Source of the DNA: Squalus acanthias
Taxonomy: Eukaryota
NCBI GenBank assembly: GCA_030390025.1
Contig: CM059431.1
Span: forward strand, 146,136,001 to 146,200,000
DNA: 64,000 nt
Direction: 5' to 3'
This document shows positions 23,031 to 36,897 of the stretch, in pieces (position 1 is the first letter of the stretch; every line of letters starts with the position of its first letter). The translations under genes were made by a program, and so were the position numbers. The notes under the pieces were generated by a model. It made no database searches. It was given only the letters and a program-made list of their open reading frames with translations, and was not told where the DNA came from.

Positions 23031-24867
23031 GTTATGTGACTGGAGGGTGTGTAGAGTTTCGCAATTATCGCGATTCTAATAATGTGAGAGAAGCAGGTTC
23101 AATTGTACATTTTTATTGAACGAAACATTGCTTTTAAATATAAGGGCACAGCAGCCTGTAAAATGGCCGCCGAGCATCGTGACAGATGTTTTCCAGAACA
23201 TAGTGAGCAGACAAGATGGCGCTGAATATACATTCATAATGAAACCATGCACGGTATAGATTGGGAAGGCAGGATGCAACCCATTTGCGTTTTGGACAAA
23301 AACAATGATATAAGTGCTTGAATCGTTTCATATGCACGGTGAGAATCATTGCACTGGACAATCGGGGGCCCATCCAGACACATCAATACACAAATACCCA
23401 CCCAGCTCAACAATGAGAGCGACATTGACGGGTGATTGGGCCAGTTTTCAGGTAATCCCGAAACCAGTTGAGGAGACAAGTCTACACATCCTGCCTAGCT
23501 CAACAATGAAGAAGACATTAACGGATAGTTGGCCAGTTTCGGGTGATCCCGAAACTAGTTAAGAAGACAATTACCCCATACCGGGAACTTTGGGCGCCAA
23601 AATTAAACAAAAGACAGCATCGTGATTTGAGCGGGAGATAAGGCCAGGCCAGGAGATGAGTTACGGGTTAGTCAGTTTTTGGAAGAGTTACAGTGAAGGT
23701 TGAGTTACGGTTTAGTTACGGAGTTTGGAAGAGTTGCGGAGTGCAAGTCTCTCGTTCCTTCCGCGGTGCTGTGCTGTGCTGGTCGGTTGTTCGAGTGTTG
23801 GGTGGAGTTCGGGTTCGTTGTTCGTGGTCCGTGTCGGCCAGAAACGGAACCTCAGAACGAGCCACCTCGACACGGCAGGCAGTAGGGTACACCATCCCGA
23901 TCGTCGGTAAAGGGTGACCGGATCCATCGGGGCAACGCAGCAGTGTGTTCCCGAGCGACCAGCAGCCGGTAGCGAAGAAGACAAGAATCTCGGCCGAGCG
24001 AGGCCCGAGTGACGAGAAGAAATTTCACGTGGGATAAGCCACGGTCAGTAAAACCCCGACCGCGCCCGAAGATAAACGACGAAGTAGGTTCAAATCCACC
24101 TTTTTGAATCCTACCGAAGATCCAGGAAGACAGGCTTATCTTCTGGTTATTTGAGCGGGTAGCCTGGGCCATCCGCGACGAATGTTCATCAGGGCTGTCT
24201 CAAGTGGGTCCATCGCGGCAGCGAGTGTAAACAAGTCGAGCTCAGAAGCCCTTACAGCCACGTGACAGCCAGGCGCTGCAGCGAAAAGCTGCGAGCCTCA
24301 TTTTAAATTCCGGATTAACCCGAGTGGTGAGCATGTTTCCCGACCCTACAAATCCAGACGTAGTTTAGGTATTGTAAGGGAGGGTGGTTCCTAAGGTTAA
24401 TGTGTAATGTGCTCCCCCTTTTACGATGTGTCGTGTGTTCCCCATTTGTATAGACCAAGTTTTATAGACGTGCGGGTGGGGGGGGGGTGTGTGTCTGTGT
24501 GTGGCAATAGGAAGGGAGATAGCACAATTCTCAGTGGGTTTTGTAGGTCAGCGAGCAGTGGCGGTGAGATAGAGGTGGAACTGGGGAAACTAGTTGAGGA
24601 TGCAATTGTGGGGAGATACAAAATAGTACTTTCTAAAAATGATGGTGGAAGTGAGAATGTTGATGTTCTAGAGGAGGATGTGGGTCCACAGTTAGAGATG
24701 ACTGTAGAGAAGCATTTGGATCTGAGTAAAGTAGCCGAGATGGAGAAGTCACCTGGGCTCAGAGATAATGCACCCCAGACTGTTAGAGGAAGCCAGAGAG
24801 GAGATAGGAGGGACTGACCACAGCATTTCAACCCACGTTTGATATGAAAAATATACTGGTGGACAGA

Positions 24868-26110
24868 AGAAACATAGAAACATAGAAGATAGGAGCAGGA
24901 GTAGGTCATTCGGCCCCTCGAGCCTGCTCCGCCATTCGATGAGATCATGGCTGATCATCCAAACTCCATACCCTGTCCCTGCCTTCTCCCCATATCCCTT
25001 GATACCTTTTAGCCTTAAGAAATATATCTAACTCCTTCTTGAATATATTTACTGACTTGGCCTCAACTGCCTTATGTGGTAGAGAATTCCACAGGTTCAC
25101 CACTCTCTGGGTGAAGAAATTCCTCCTCATCTCTGTCCTAAATGGCTTACCCCTTATCTTTAGACTGTGACCTCTTGTTCTGGACTCACCCGCCATCGGG
25201 AACATCCTTCCTGCATCCAGTCTGTCTAGCCCTGTAAGTTTCAATGAGATCTCCTCTCATTCTTCTAAACTCCAGCGAGTATAAGCCCAATCTCTCCTCG
25301 TACGTCATTCCTGCCATCCCAGGTATCCGTCTGGTGAATCTTCGCTGCACATCCTCCATGGCAAGAACATCCTTCCTCAGATAAGGCGACCAAAACTGCA
25401 CACAGTACTCAAGGTGTGGTCTCACCAAGGCCCTGTACAGCTGCAGCAAGACATCCTTGTTCTGTACTCAAACCCTCCTCGCTACGAAGGCCAACATACC
25501 ATTTGCCTTCTTAACCGCCTGCTGTACCTGCATGCTTACCTTAGCGACTGGTGCACAAGGACACCCAGGTCTCGCTGCACTTCCCCTTCTCCCAATCTAT
25601 TGCTGTTCAGATAATAATCTGCCTTTCTGTTTTTGCCACCAAAGTGGATATCCTCGCATTTATCCACATTATACTGCGTCTGCCCAATCACCCAACCTGT
25701 CCAAATCATACTGGAGTTTCTCGGCATCCTCCTCGCAGCACACACGCCCACCCAGCTTTGTGTCATCTGCAAACTTGGAGATATTACATCTAGTTCCCTT
25801 GTCGCGATCATTACTATATCTCGTGAATAGCTGGGGTCCTAGGACCGATCCCTGCGGAACCCCATTAGTCACTGCCTGCCACTCGGAAAAAGACCCGTTT
25901 ATTCCAACTCTTTGCTTCCTGTCTGCCAACCAGTTCTCTATCCAAGTCAGTACCTTACCCCCAATCCCATGTGCCTTAACTTTACACGCTAATCTCTTAT
26001 GCGGGACCTTATCGAAAGCCTTCTGAAAGTCCAAATACACCACATCTACTGGTTCTCCCTTATCTATTCTATCAGTTACATCCTCAAAAAATTCCAATAG
26101 ATTAGTCAAG
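24868..26110 (-). mobile_element. CR1 3' half
   Basis: ORFs 25669-26169, 25186-25449 and 24945-25244; tail (AAACATAG)n on the plus strand. Confidence 0.92.
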
Positions 26111-26389
26111 CCCAAGTGATGTTTCTGTTCTAATGTGGAGAGTGGATTAACCTGGTAACCAGAGACCATTGCGTAGAAATTCCACCAAATCTGTTAATCC
26201 AAGTCGAATTAGCGAGCATTTAGCAATAAAGTGGATGATATGGGGAGGCTCGAACTGATTAGCTGTAGTAAAGTCGCATATGACAATTCTACGAACAATG
26301 ACAGACAGGTGAAGACACTTTTGTCCATCCAGACTTTCCCAGGCAATTGCGATACTTTGTCGATACTTTGTTCTAGCTGTCCCAAACAA

Positions 26390-27270
26390 AACCATGTGAT
26401 CTCCTGGGTGAGGTGAAAAAAACAGGTAAAATCACAGGCCAATTTGGAGGATTAAAATACGGGAAATTCCTCTCCGACCCATCTAGGTGATTGAAACTAG
26501 TCCCGCAGATCACTCTTGCACTGAATTCCCGGAAGTTCCTTCCTGTTGTAAGAGGTGATGTCCGCCCCAAACAGGAACAGGTCCAGCTCTCGCCTGAAGG
26601 AATTCACCGAGTCAGCGTCCACCGCCAGAGAAGATATCCTGATCCAGAGGTCGACTATTCTCTGGGAAAAGAACCACCTCCTGACATCTAACTTAAATCT
26701 GGCCCTGCACAACTTAAAATTGTCGCTCTTGGTCCTCCCTAACCTATTGGAACAAACTGTCAACAGGAACACAATCTATTCCCTTCATCATCTTATAAAC
26801 CTCAATCAGATCACCCCTAAGACTTTGCTTCTCTAAAGTGTAGAGTCCAAATTCTTAGCCTATCTTGAGAACTAAGTTGCTTTATACTGGGAATTAGTCT
26901 AATATCCCTCCTCTGCAACAGTTTCAAAGCCTCAATATCACCCACCATGTGAGGAGACCAAAACTGGACACAGTATTCCAAGTGAGGCCTTTACCTAGGT
27001 CTTGTAGTAGGACAAAATAGGTCGTCTTATACTCAATTATCCTTTGAATGCACCCCAACATCCTCTTTGCTCTAGCTATCGCTGCACGGCATTGCTCCTG
27101 TACCTTTAGAGATGCATGCACGAGACTGCCCCAATCTTCATTTCTTCCCCTTCTTTAATGCTTCTCCATGAAGGGTGTATGAATGTTGAGCATTCGCACT
27201 GCCCACAGGCACAACACGGCACTTATCCAAGCTAAACATCATTTGCCAATCATGAGCCCAATCTCCCAAC
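26390..27270 (-). mobile_element. Divergent CR1-family 3' fragment
   Basis: DWAHDWQMMFSLDKC, AKRMLGCI and FKLDVRRWFFSQRIVDLW. Confidence 0.75.
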
Positions 27271-27464
27271 ACATTAAGATGCAGCTTTGTTGAGATGTGA
27301 CTATACAGGTTGATGGAATTTTGTACATGCGGTGTATGTGGGTTATCAGAAGGTGTTTGATAATGTGGATCACAGGAGGTTTCAGCCATTTGGTAGAAGA
27401 TGAAATGTAGCCGCCTGGGTAGAAAGTGGATAATGTGTTTAGTTTTCTCCATTTGTGTTCACAG

Positions 27465-27632
27465 ATGCGAACTCTACAATCACTGAGTTCTTGACAAAGT
27501 GCGACAATTACCAGCTGTTCAAGTTCACGAAATTCTACCGGGACAGACTGGAACAGGCGATTGAAGGAGGGGTGGACGGAGTCAGCTCGATATTAAAAAA
27601 ACAAGACGCATTTCAGTGAACAAGAACATCGG
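27465..27632 (+). pseudogene. NLR exon (N-terminal half of CARD-like domain)
   Basis: DANSTITEFLTKCDNYQLFKFTKFYRDRLEQAIEGGVDGVSSIL, then a +1 shift in an A-run before HFSEQEHR; flanked by CACAG and GTAAGT. Confidence 0.75.
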
Positions 27633-27794
27633 GTAAGTGGCAGGGACAAAGAACGAGTTTGGATTATCCAAACATCACAGAACTGATAGGATATCAGATC
27701 TTAGAATCATAGATTGTTACAGAAGAGAAACAGGCCAAATAGGAAAGAAATGGATAAAACTGAAAATACTGTGAATCAGAAACAATGATATGAA

Positions 27795-29308
27795 GAGGTG
27801 AAAATACCCAGTGGATCTGGCTTTGATCTTTGGGTCCTCACTGTCCACGGGAATGGTGCCAGAGGACTGGAGAGTGGCGAATGTTGTTCCTCTCTTCAAG
27901 AAAGGAAATAGGAATGACCCTGGTAATTATAGGCCGGTTAGTCTTACTTCGGTGGTTGGTAAGATAATGGAAAAGGTCCTGAGGGATAGGATTTATGACC
28001 ATTTGGAAAGGGGCAACTTAATCAGGGAAAGTCAACACGGATTCGTGAAGGGTAAGTCTTGCCTAACAAATTTGATTGAATTCTTTGAGGAGGTAACTAA
28101 GTGTGTAGATGAAGGTAGAGCAGTTGATGTCGTATACATGGATTTTAGTAAGGTGTTTGATAAGGTTCCCCATGGTCGTCTCATGAAGAAAGTAAGGAGT
28201 TGTGGGATAGAGGGAAATTTGGCCGATTGGCTAAGTAACTGGCTATCTCATAGAAGGCAGAGGGTGGTGGTGGATGGAACATTTTCGGACTGGAGACCAG
28301 TTACCAGCGGTGTGCCACAGGGGTCGGTGCTGGGTCCTCTGCTGTTTGTGATTTTTATCAATGACTTGGAGGAGGGGACTGAAGGGTGGATCAGTAAATT
28401 TGCTGATGACACCAAGATTGGTGGAGTAGTGGATGAGGTGGAGGGCAGTTGTAGGCTGCAAAGAGACATTGATAGGATGCAGAGCTGGGCCGAAAAATGG
28501 CAGATGGAATTTAACCCTGATAAGTGCGAGGTGATTCATTTTGGTAGGGCAAATTTGAATAAGGATTACAGGGTCAACGGCAGGGTTCTGAGGAACGTGG
28601 AGGAGCAGAGGGATCTGGGGGTTCATATCCACAGATCTCTGAAGGTTGCCAATCAAGTGGATAGAGCAGTAAAGAAGGCCTATGGTGTGTTGGCGTTTAT
28701 TAACAGAGGGTTTGAGTTTAAGAACCGTGAGGTTATGCTGCAACTGTACAGGACCTTGGTGAGACCACATTTGGATATTGTGTGCAGTTCTGGTCACCTC
28801 ACTATAGGAAGGACGTGGAAGCATTGGAAAGAGTGCAAAGGAGATTTACCAGGATGCTGCCTGGTTTGGGGGGGAGGTCTTATGAGGAAAGATTGAGGGA
28901 GTTGGGGCTTTTCTCTTTAGAGCGGAGGAGGATGAGAGGCGACTTAATAGAGGTTTATAAGATGATGAGGGGGATAGATAGAGTGGATGTTCAGAGACTA
29001 TTTCCTCGGGTAGAGGCAGCTGTTACAAGGGGGCATAACTATAAGGTGCATGGGGGGAGATATAGAAGGGATGTCCGAGGTAGATTCTTTACTCAGAGAG
29101 TGGTTGGGGTGTGGAATGGACTGCCTGCTGTGATAGTGGAGTCGGACACTTTAGGAACTTTCAAGCGGTTATTGGATAAGCACATGGAGCACACCAGAGT
29201 GATAGGGAGTGTGATGGCTTGATCTTGGTCTCGGACAATGCTCGGCACAACATCGAGGGCCGAAGGGCCTGTACTGTGCTGTAATGTTCTATGTTCTATG
29301 TTCTATGT
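27795..29308 (+). mobile_element. Young 5'-truncated CR1 LINE
   Basis: ORFs 27811-28896 and 28782-29222 form one RT with a single frameshift; tail (TTCTATG)n. Confidence 0.95.
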
Positions 29309-29859
29309 ATCTGTACAAAGGACAGGGGAACGGTTCGGGTATAAGTCTTGTGTGGACTGAAAACAAAGGGGAAACAGCTTTAGTGGGACTGGGAAAAGGA
29401 GAGACCAGAGGCAACAGACAGGAGTTAGAGGGAAAGTTGACTGAACGGAGAATTACTTAAAGTAAATTAAGGAACTGAGAGACAAGAAAAATCATCTGCG
29501 GAATAAATTAGAGGCATTTCAAGAACAAAAACGTAAAATGGTTAAAATGTATGAGACACAAACAGGGAAACTAACCCCCCAAAAATGAGGATTGAAAACC
29601 CGACGCTGTGCAGGTTTTTCCTCCCCCTGCATCACCGGGAGTCAATTCCAACTTCGGCAGAGATGCAATCCGGGCGGTAGAACCTGTCGTGGAACGTCAC
29701 TCCCGGGGAGAGCACTTCAGGAAATTACAGCAAGCAGCCTGTAATGTTCTGTCAGATACCTTTAATGGAATAGAACTAAATGAAAATGATAATCGGGCAG
29801 GGTGTATAATGGACGGTCGACCTGCTACCAACTTTCCAAGTTGATAACCTAGGAAACTT

Positions 29860-30935
29860 ACTCTCATCCCAACCTCCTGCTCACTACCCATTACTGTTAA
29901 TATCCCACCTAGTCTAATCCCAACCTCCTGCTCACTGCCCATTACCGTTAATATCCCACCTAGTCTAATCCCAACCTCCTGCTCACTACACATTACCGTT
30001 AATATCACACCTAGTCTAATCCCAACCTCCTGCTCACTGCCCATTACTGTTAATATCTCACCTAGTCTAATCCCAACCTCCTGCTCACTACCCATTACCG
30101 TTAATATCCCACCTAGTCTAATCCCAACCTCCTGCTCGCCTCCCATTACCGTTAATATCCCACCTAGTCTAATCCCAACCTCCTGCTCACTGCCCATTAC
30201 CGTTAATATCCACCTAGTCTAATCTCAACCTCCTGCTCACTACACATTACCGTTAATATTCCACCTAGTCTAATCCCAACCTCCTGCTCACTACCCATTA
30301 CCGTTAATATCCCACCTACTCTAATCCCAACCTCCTGCTCACTACCCATTACCGTTAATATCCCACCTAGTCTAATCCCAACCTCCTGCTCACTACACAT
30401 TACCGTTAATATCCCACCTAGTCTAATCCCAACCTCCTGCTCACTGCCCATTACTGTTAATATCTCACCTAGTCTAATCCCAACCTCCTGCTCACTACCC
30501 ATTACCGTTAATATCCCACCTAGTCTAATCCCAACCTCCTGCTCGCCTCCCATTACCGTTAATATCCCACCTGGTCTAATCCCAACCTCCTGCTCACTGC
30601 CCATTACCGTTAATATCCACCGAGTCTAATCTCAACCTCCTGCTCACTACACATTACCGTTAATATTCCACCTAGTCTAATCCCAACCTCCTGCTCACTA
30701 CCCATTACCGTTAATATCCCACCTACTCTAATCCCAACCTCCTGCTCACTACCCATTACCGTTAATATCCCACCTAGTCTAATCCCAACCTCCTGCTCAC
30801 TACCCATTACCGTTAATATCCCACCTAGTCTAATCCCAACCTCCTGCTCACCACTGATTACTGTTAATATCCCACCTAGTCTAATCCCAACCTCCTGCTC
30901 ACTACCCATTACCGTTAATATCCCACCAGTCTAAT
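29860..30935. repeat. 51-bp minisatellite, about 21 copies
   Basis: Unit CTAATCCCAACCTCCTGCTCACTACCCATTACCGTTAATATCCCACCTAGT. Confidence 0.95.
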
Positions 30936-32121
30936 CACAATTTCCTGATCATTTGGTACTCTTAAAATTCCCATCTAATCTAATTCCACCCTCCTGCTGA
31001 CCGTATTCTGGTTATTATTCCAATTAGACCAGGTGCAATCTTCTCTTCACTCCCCATACTCCAGCATTCCTTTCTATCCACGCTGCAATAGAAATAGATT
31101 TTTTTTTTTTAAATGTCGACTTGCTTCCACAATAGTCTGTGCGATTGAATTATGCTTTCTAACCACCTCGTGTGTAAATAAATGTATCAACGTTCACCCC
31201 AATTCTTCGAATTAGCCTAAATATGTGCCCTCTGGGCAATCTGTGGAAACTATCAGTGACTATTTATTTGATCCTAACTCTTCAGAATCTGAAGACTTGC
31301 AGCAACTCCTCACTTAATCTACTCACCTCTAGTGGAATGAGCCCAATGTTCTCAAATCGCAGTCTCTAACAGTAACTCCACATCCCTGCTAACATCCTAG
31401 TGCAATTGCACGCCAGTTTTTCCATTGCTTTGACATTGTATAAATGGAGCGTCCAAACCTGTACACAACTGTGTAAATGACCTGCCCCTGTGCTCTTGGC
31501 GTGGAGCGTCACTCCCCAGGGGGGAACATGAGGAAATTGAGATTATTCAGTCTGTTATTTTCCGTCCGCTCACTTTAATGGTTTGGTTTCTGCAGCATTT
31601 TGTTCACGGAGTGAGTGACTGCGGGATGACATAGTGGTAGTTTCATATTTTTGTAATAGGCCAGATTTTGCGGTAGAAATAACGGTGGGGCTAACAGCAC
31701 TCACTGTCATTAAAGTGTAAATTGGACAGTAACTTCCAGCGACCGCACATGCGGAGTTAAACAGGAAAATCGGGAAGATCCTGTCCGAATAGACCTGCTG
31801 CTCCCAAAGCTGCGCAAGAATGGTATCTCGCCGAGAGACTCGCCATTGAAATGCATGGAACGGCGTAACATTACTGCACTTACCTGATAGATACACAGGA
31901 AACTCACCAGGAAAAGTCAGGGCTTGCCTATTCCAGTGTAATTATTTGTTTAACGGCGTGATCAGTCTTAACTAATGCCAGACAACCTCTCTGGCACAGA
32001 AAATTAACTTTTACAAGTGTGGAGTCTCATTGCTTCCGATTTTAATTATTGTTGGTGCTGTAGAAACAAAGATTCAATAATGTTGGTACCTTTTCTTTCT
32101 GTCTCTCTTTTCACTCCCTCT

Positions 32122-32510
32122 GAACATAAAAACATAAGAAATAGGAACAGGAGTAGGCCATTTGACCCTTCGAGCCTGCTCCGCCACTCAGTAAGATCAT
32201 GGCTGATCTTCTACCTCATCTCCACTTTCCTGCACTATCCCCATATCCCTTGATTCCCTTAATATACAAAAATCTATCGATCTCTGTCTTCAATATACTC
32301 AATGACAGCCTCCACAGCCCTCTGGGGTATAGAATTCCAAAGATTCACCACCCATTGAGTGAAGAAATTTCTCCTCATCTCAGTCCTAAATGGCAGACCC
32401 CTTATTCTGAGACTGTGACCCTTGGTTCTAGACTCCCCAGCCAGGGGAAACATCCTCCCTGCATCTACCCTGTCAAGCCCTGTAAGAATTTTGTATATTT
32501 CAATGAGATC
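32122..32510 (-). mobile_element. CR1 3' end
   Basis: ORF 32274-32513 DLIEIYKILTGLDRVDAGRMFP..FFTQWVVNLWNS; tail AACATAAAAACATAAG. Confidence 0.9.
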
Positions 32511-32699
32511 CAATCTTTCTTTCCCTCCTTTTTATTTCACTTTCTGCATGTGATTTGACATTGCATTCTATATTCTAACTGAAACTTCCTGGTTCAAACG
32601 TTGCGTGCATCAGTAAGGATTCTTCAAGCTGATTGGTTAAGGAAACATACAGTCGCTTCTCCTGTTCCCTCTGTAGAGGGCTGGACGTTTTGGCTCTAA

Positions 32700-34705
32700 T
32701 TTACACTGACGATGAAGGAGCGGCGATTTCTGTTCAAGTTAGGATCGTGTGGAACTTGGAGGTGTTGGTGTTTCCATGCGGATGCTGCTCTTGTCCTTCT
32801 TGGTGGCAGAGTCCGCGGGTTTGAGAGGTGCTGTCAAAGAAGCCTTGGCGAACTGCTGCAGTTATTTCTGTAAATAGCACACACTGCAGCTATGGTGCAC
32901 CGTTGGTGGAGGGATTGGATGTTTAAGGTGGTGGGTGGGCTGCCGATGAAGCGTATTTCTCTGTCCTGGATTGCGTGGAGCTTCTTGAGAGTTGTTGCAG
33001 CTGCACCTATCCAGGCAAGTGGAGAGTTTTCCATCACACGACGCAGTTGTACCTGGGTGGCCAGGAGTTGAGCCACTCGCCACAGAATACCCAGCCTCTT
33101 AACTGCTCTAGCAGCCACAAATTTTTTTGTGGTGGTCAATGGTAGGGATTTGAAGATGGCAATGCCAGTGAATGACAAAGGGACATGGTTGGACTCTCTT
33201 GTGGGAGATGGGCATTGCCTGACACTTGTGGGGCACGAATGTTGCTTGCCACTTGTCCGCCCAAGCCTAGATTTTGTCCAGGACTTGCTGCCTGTGAGCA
33301 TGGGACCGCTTCATTATCTGACGAATTGAAAATGGAGCGGAACACTGCAATCATCAGAGAACATCCCCACTCCTGGCTTTATGATGGAGGGAAGGTAATT
33401 GGCGAAGCAGCTGAAGTGGTTAGTCCGAAGACTCTGCCCCGAGGAACTCCTGCAGTGATGTCCTGGTGCTGAGACGATTCGTCTCCAACAACCACACTCC
33501 ATGGTGCCACACACGTCGAACACTGCCTTGATGTCAAGCACAGTCACTCTCACCTCACAGCTGGAATTCAGCTCTTTGGTCCTTGTTTGGAGTTGATTGG
33601 TCCTGGTGGAACTCAAATTGAGCCTTGGTGAGCAGCTTATTTGTGATTAAGTGCTGCTTGATAGCAGTGTTGATGACTCCTTCCAACACTTTGATGATTG
33701 AGAGCAGGCTGATAGGGTGGTAATTGATCGGGTTAGATTTGTCCTGCTCTGTATGGACAAGACATACCTGGACAATTGTCTACCTTGTCGGGCAGATTCA
33801 AGTGCTGTGGATCTACTGGAACAACTTTACAAGATGTGCGGTTAGTTCCAGAGCACAGATCTTCAACACCACAGCCAGAATGTTGACGGGACCTTTAGCA
33901 TTTGCTGTGCCCAGTTCATTCATTTGTTTCTTGATATCGAAATGCGGGGGAACGAGGCACTAAATCTTACACCTACTGTACATTCTGGACCTTTTGTCAC
34001 CTTTAGTGCTTCCTCCAAGTTGTGTTCAAAATGGAGGAGCACTGATTCATTGGTTGAGGGAGGGCAGAAGGTGGTAATCAGCAGGAGGTTTCCTTGCCCA
34101 TGTTTGACCTGAAGGCATGAGATTTCCTTGGCTCCGGAGTCAATGTTAGTGACACGAAGGGCACTTGCACCTGAGGGTATATCACTGTGCCCCACCACTG
34201 GTGGGCCTGTCCTCCTACTGGGACAGGAAATACCGATGAATGCTGATGGAGGTGCCTGGGATGTTGGCTAATAAATATGATTGTATAAGTATCACTACGT
34301 CACACAGTTGCTTGACTAATGTGTGGTCCACTTCTCCCTACTTTGGCACCAGTCCCCAGGTGTTAGTGAGGAGGGTTTTGCAGGTTTGACTGGGCTGGAT
34401 GTTCCTTTGTCGTGTCCGAATCCAATGCTGAAGCCGAGTGGTCCGCCCGGTTTTATTCTTCTGTGTCTTTGTAGAGGCTTTCTAGGCCATTTCAGAGGCC
34501 ATCACATTGGTGAAGGACTGGAGTCACGTATAGACCAGGCGTAAAGGGCATTGGGTTTTACGACAATCTTTACTAATACCAGCTTTTTATTTCGAAATGT
34601 TTCAAATTCGAATTTGAATTCAAATTCATCAAACAATCACGATGATATTTGAACCGTTGTCTCTGGATTACTTGTCCAGTAACATAATCAGCACGCTATC
34701 GTTCT
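32700..34705 (-). mobile_element. Degenerate CR1/L2-group LINE with a tRNA-like 5' head
   Basis: VTVLDIKAVFD, QVKHGQGNLLLITTFCPPS (APE) and RRVMENSPLAWIGAA; B-box-like GGTTCAAATATC on the minus strand at 34644-34655. Confidence 0.6.
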
Positions 34706-35474
34706 CGACGCCTCGTCATCTCTTTGTCCATTGTCTGATTGCACCTCTGTGAAGTGTCTTTAGACGTTTTCTTTTCTGCATTAAAGGTGTTATATTAATG
34801 TAAATTTTGATGATGAAAGTCCTGACTACACCAACCCCATTGCTGGATATATGTTCCCGGTTACCGAGGATTCACACCAGCAGCGGATGTGCAAAATAAT
34901 GTGTGCCAGACACTTCAGTTACCATGGGGAAAAGGTGATTAGATTTTTCCGCATTATTTTTACTGGTTGATTCTTCGGCCCTACACATCAACAGTGATTG
35001 TTTCGATCAGTCAGTGTAATTTCTCAGGCAGCTTTCTAGCTGTTTCTCTCACTTCAGATTCGTTCCTGCCCTGCCAATAGAGTTCTGACTCGAAGCTTTT
35101 TTATTTCTCAGGAAATCACAAAGTGTGGCAGCAAATGTGAGAAACAAGTCTATCATATTGTTAGTCAGTAATCTGATGTCATGTTGGACACTGAAGGACG
35201 GAGACAAATAATCACATTGAAACTGCTGCAGATTCTCAGTGATTTCTCGCTCTCCGAGAACTATAATTCATCAAATTTCTTTGCTGTTAATGAGTGAATC
35301 AAGATGTTTACAGAATATCCAGGCCATGTTCAGAATGGATCAGTACCCGACACAGTGACTGCTCTCTGTGCTCAACAACTGGGAGATCCCATCACTGAGC
35401 AGATCCTTTCCTTCTCATTATCGGTGTTTATCTTTCACTTCGCTCCTCAATATATTCATTATTATTCTTTACAG

Positions 35475-35812
35475 AAAGTCACTGAGCTCGCGGAGAAGGG
35501 AAACCGGGCGGACAGTTCCAAACTTCTCCTAAACCTGGTGATGGAGAAAGGCTCTCGGGCCTGAAGGGTGATGTGGGAATCCTTTGTGAAAATGCGCCAT
35601 GGGGTACCAAAGCTGAACAAAATATTGAAAGAAATATAGGAACTTGGTACGGTAAACTCAGACACTGCATTCAATTTCAGATTCAAACACTATATTACTA
35701 TAATATTACACAGATCTGATTTCATGAACGCTAATTGATTTAAACAGGTTCTTACCATTTGATTACATGAACATCACACGAGGTTTATCCGAAGTACCCA
35801 GTCACCTGAGAG
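35475..35812 (+). pseudogene. Two NLR exons (35475-35646, 35748-35812)
   Basis: KVTELAEKGNRADSSKLLLNLVMEKGSRA*RVMWESFVKMRHGVPKLNKILKEI*EL with stops TGA 35562 and TAG 35637; the next exon reads FDYMNITRGLSEVPSHLR after a 1-nt shift. Confidence 0.8.
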
Positions 35813-36074
35813 GTAAGTGATGAAATGGAGATTTCAAACTGTTTATTTCACTATCGAATCCAAATATTTGACTGGAGCTGATTGTTTAAAGAATGTCAGA
35901 ATCTGGGAATGAGAAGTTCAAAGGCTAAGGAAATAGGATTGAACATTGTTTGGATTCGTGATTAATCCACAAAAGTTCTGCATAGATTCAATTTACAATT
36001 AACGCCGATTTTTGAATTATTGGTAAATTTGCAGGTCTTGTATGCTCCAGTTATTGCAACACACATCGCCTACA

Positions 36075-36897
36075 CGTGGCAGGATCCTGATACACTGCGA
36101 AAGCCCATACACACCTGGCAGGATCCTGATACATTGTGAAACCCCATACACACCTGGCAGGATCCTGATACACTGTGAAACCCCACACACACCTGGCAGG
36201 ATCCTGATACACTGTGAGACCCCATACACACCTGGCAGGATCCTGATACACGGAAACCCCATACACACCTGGCAGGACCCTGATACATTGTGAAACTCCA
36301 TGCACACCTGGCAGGATCCTGATACATTGTGAAACCCCATACACACCTGGCAGGATCCTGATACACTGTTCAACCACATACAAACCTGGCAGGACCCTGA
36401 TACATTGTGAAACCCCATACACACCAGACAGGATCCTGATACACTGTGAAACCCCATACAAACCTGGCAGGATCCTGGTTCACTGTGAAGCCCCATACAC
36501 ACCTGGCAGGATCCTGATACACTCTGAAACCCCATACACACCTGGCAGGATCCTGATACACTGTGAAACCCCATACACACCTGGCAGGATCCTGGTTCAC
36601 TGTGAAGCCCCATACACACCTGGCAGGATCCTGATACACTCTGAAACCCCATACACACCTGGCAGGATCCTGATTCACTGTGAAACTCCATACACACCTG
36701 GCAGGATCCTGATACACTCTGAAACTCCATACACACCTGGCAGGATCCTGATACACTGTGAAACCCCATACACACCTGGCAGGATCCTTATACACTGAAA
36801 CCCCATACACACCTGGCACGATCCTGATACACTGTGAAACCCCATACACACCTGGCAGGATCCCGCTGCACTGTGAAGCCCCATACACACCTGGCGA
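36075..36897. repeat. 39-bp minisatellite, about 21 copies
   Basis: Unit CACACCTGGCAGGATCCTGATACACTGTGAAACCCCATA. Confidence 0.95.

Noticed and set aside
29310..29600. Purine-rich coiled-coil/gag-like stretch
   Set aside because: Interrupted by stops and with no motif I can name.
31490..32100. Moderately CpG-containing block that may be an interspersed repeat
   Set aside because: No termini, TSD or coding motif identifiable by eye.
35562..35564. In-frame TGA as selenocysteine or read-through
   Set aside because: Better explained as CGA>TGA decay; the gene has another stop and multiple frameshifts.
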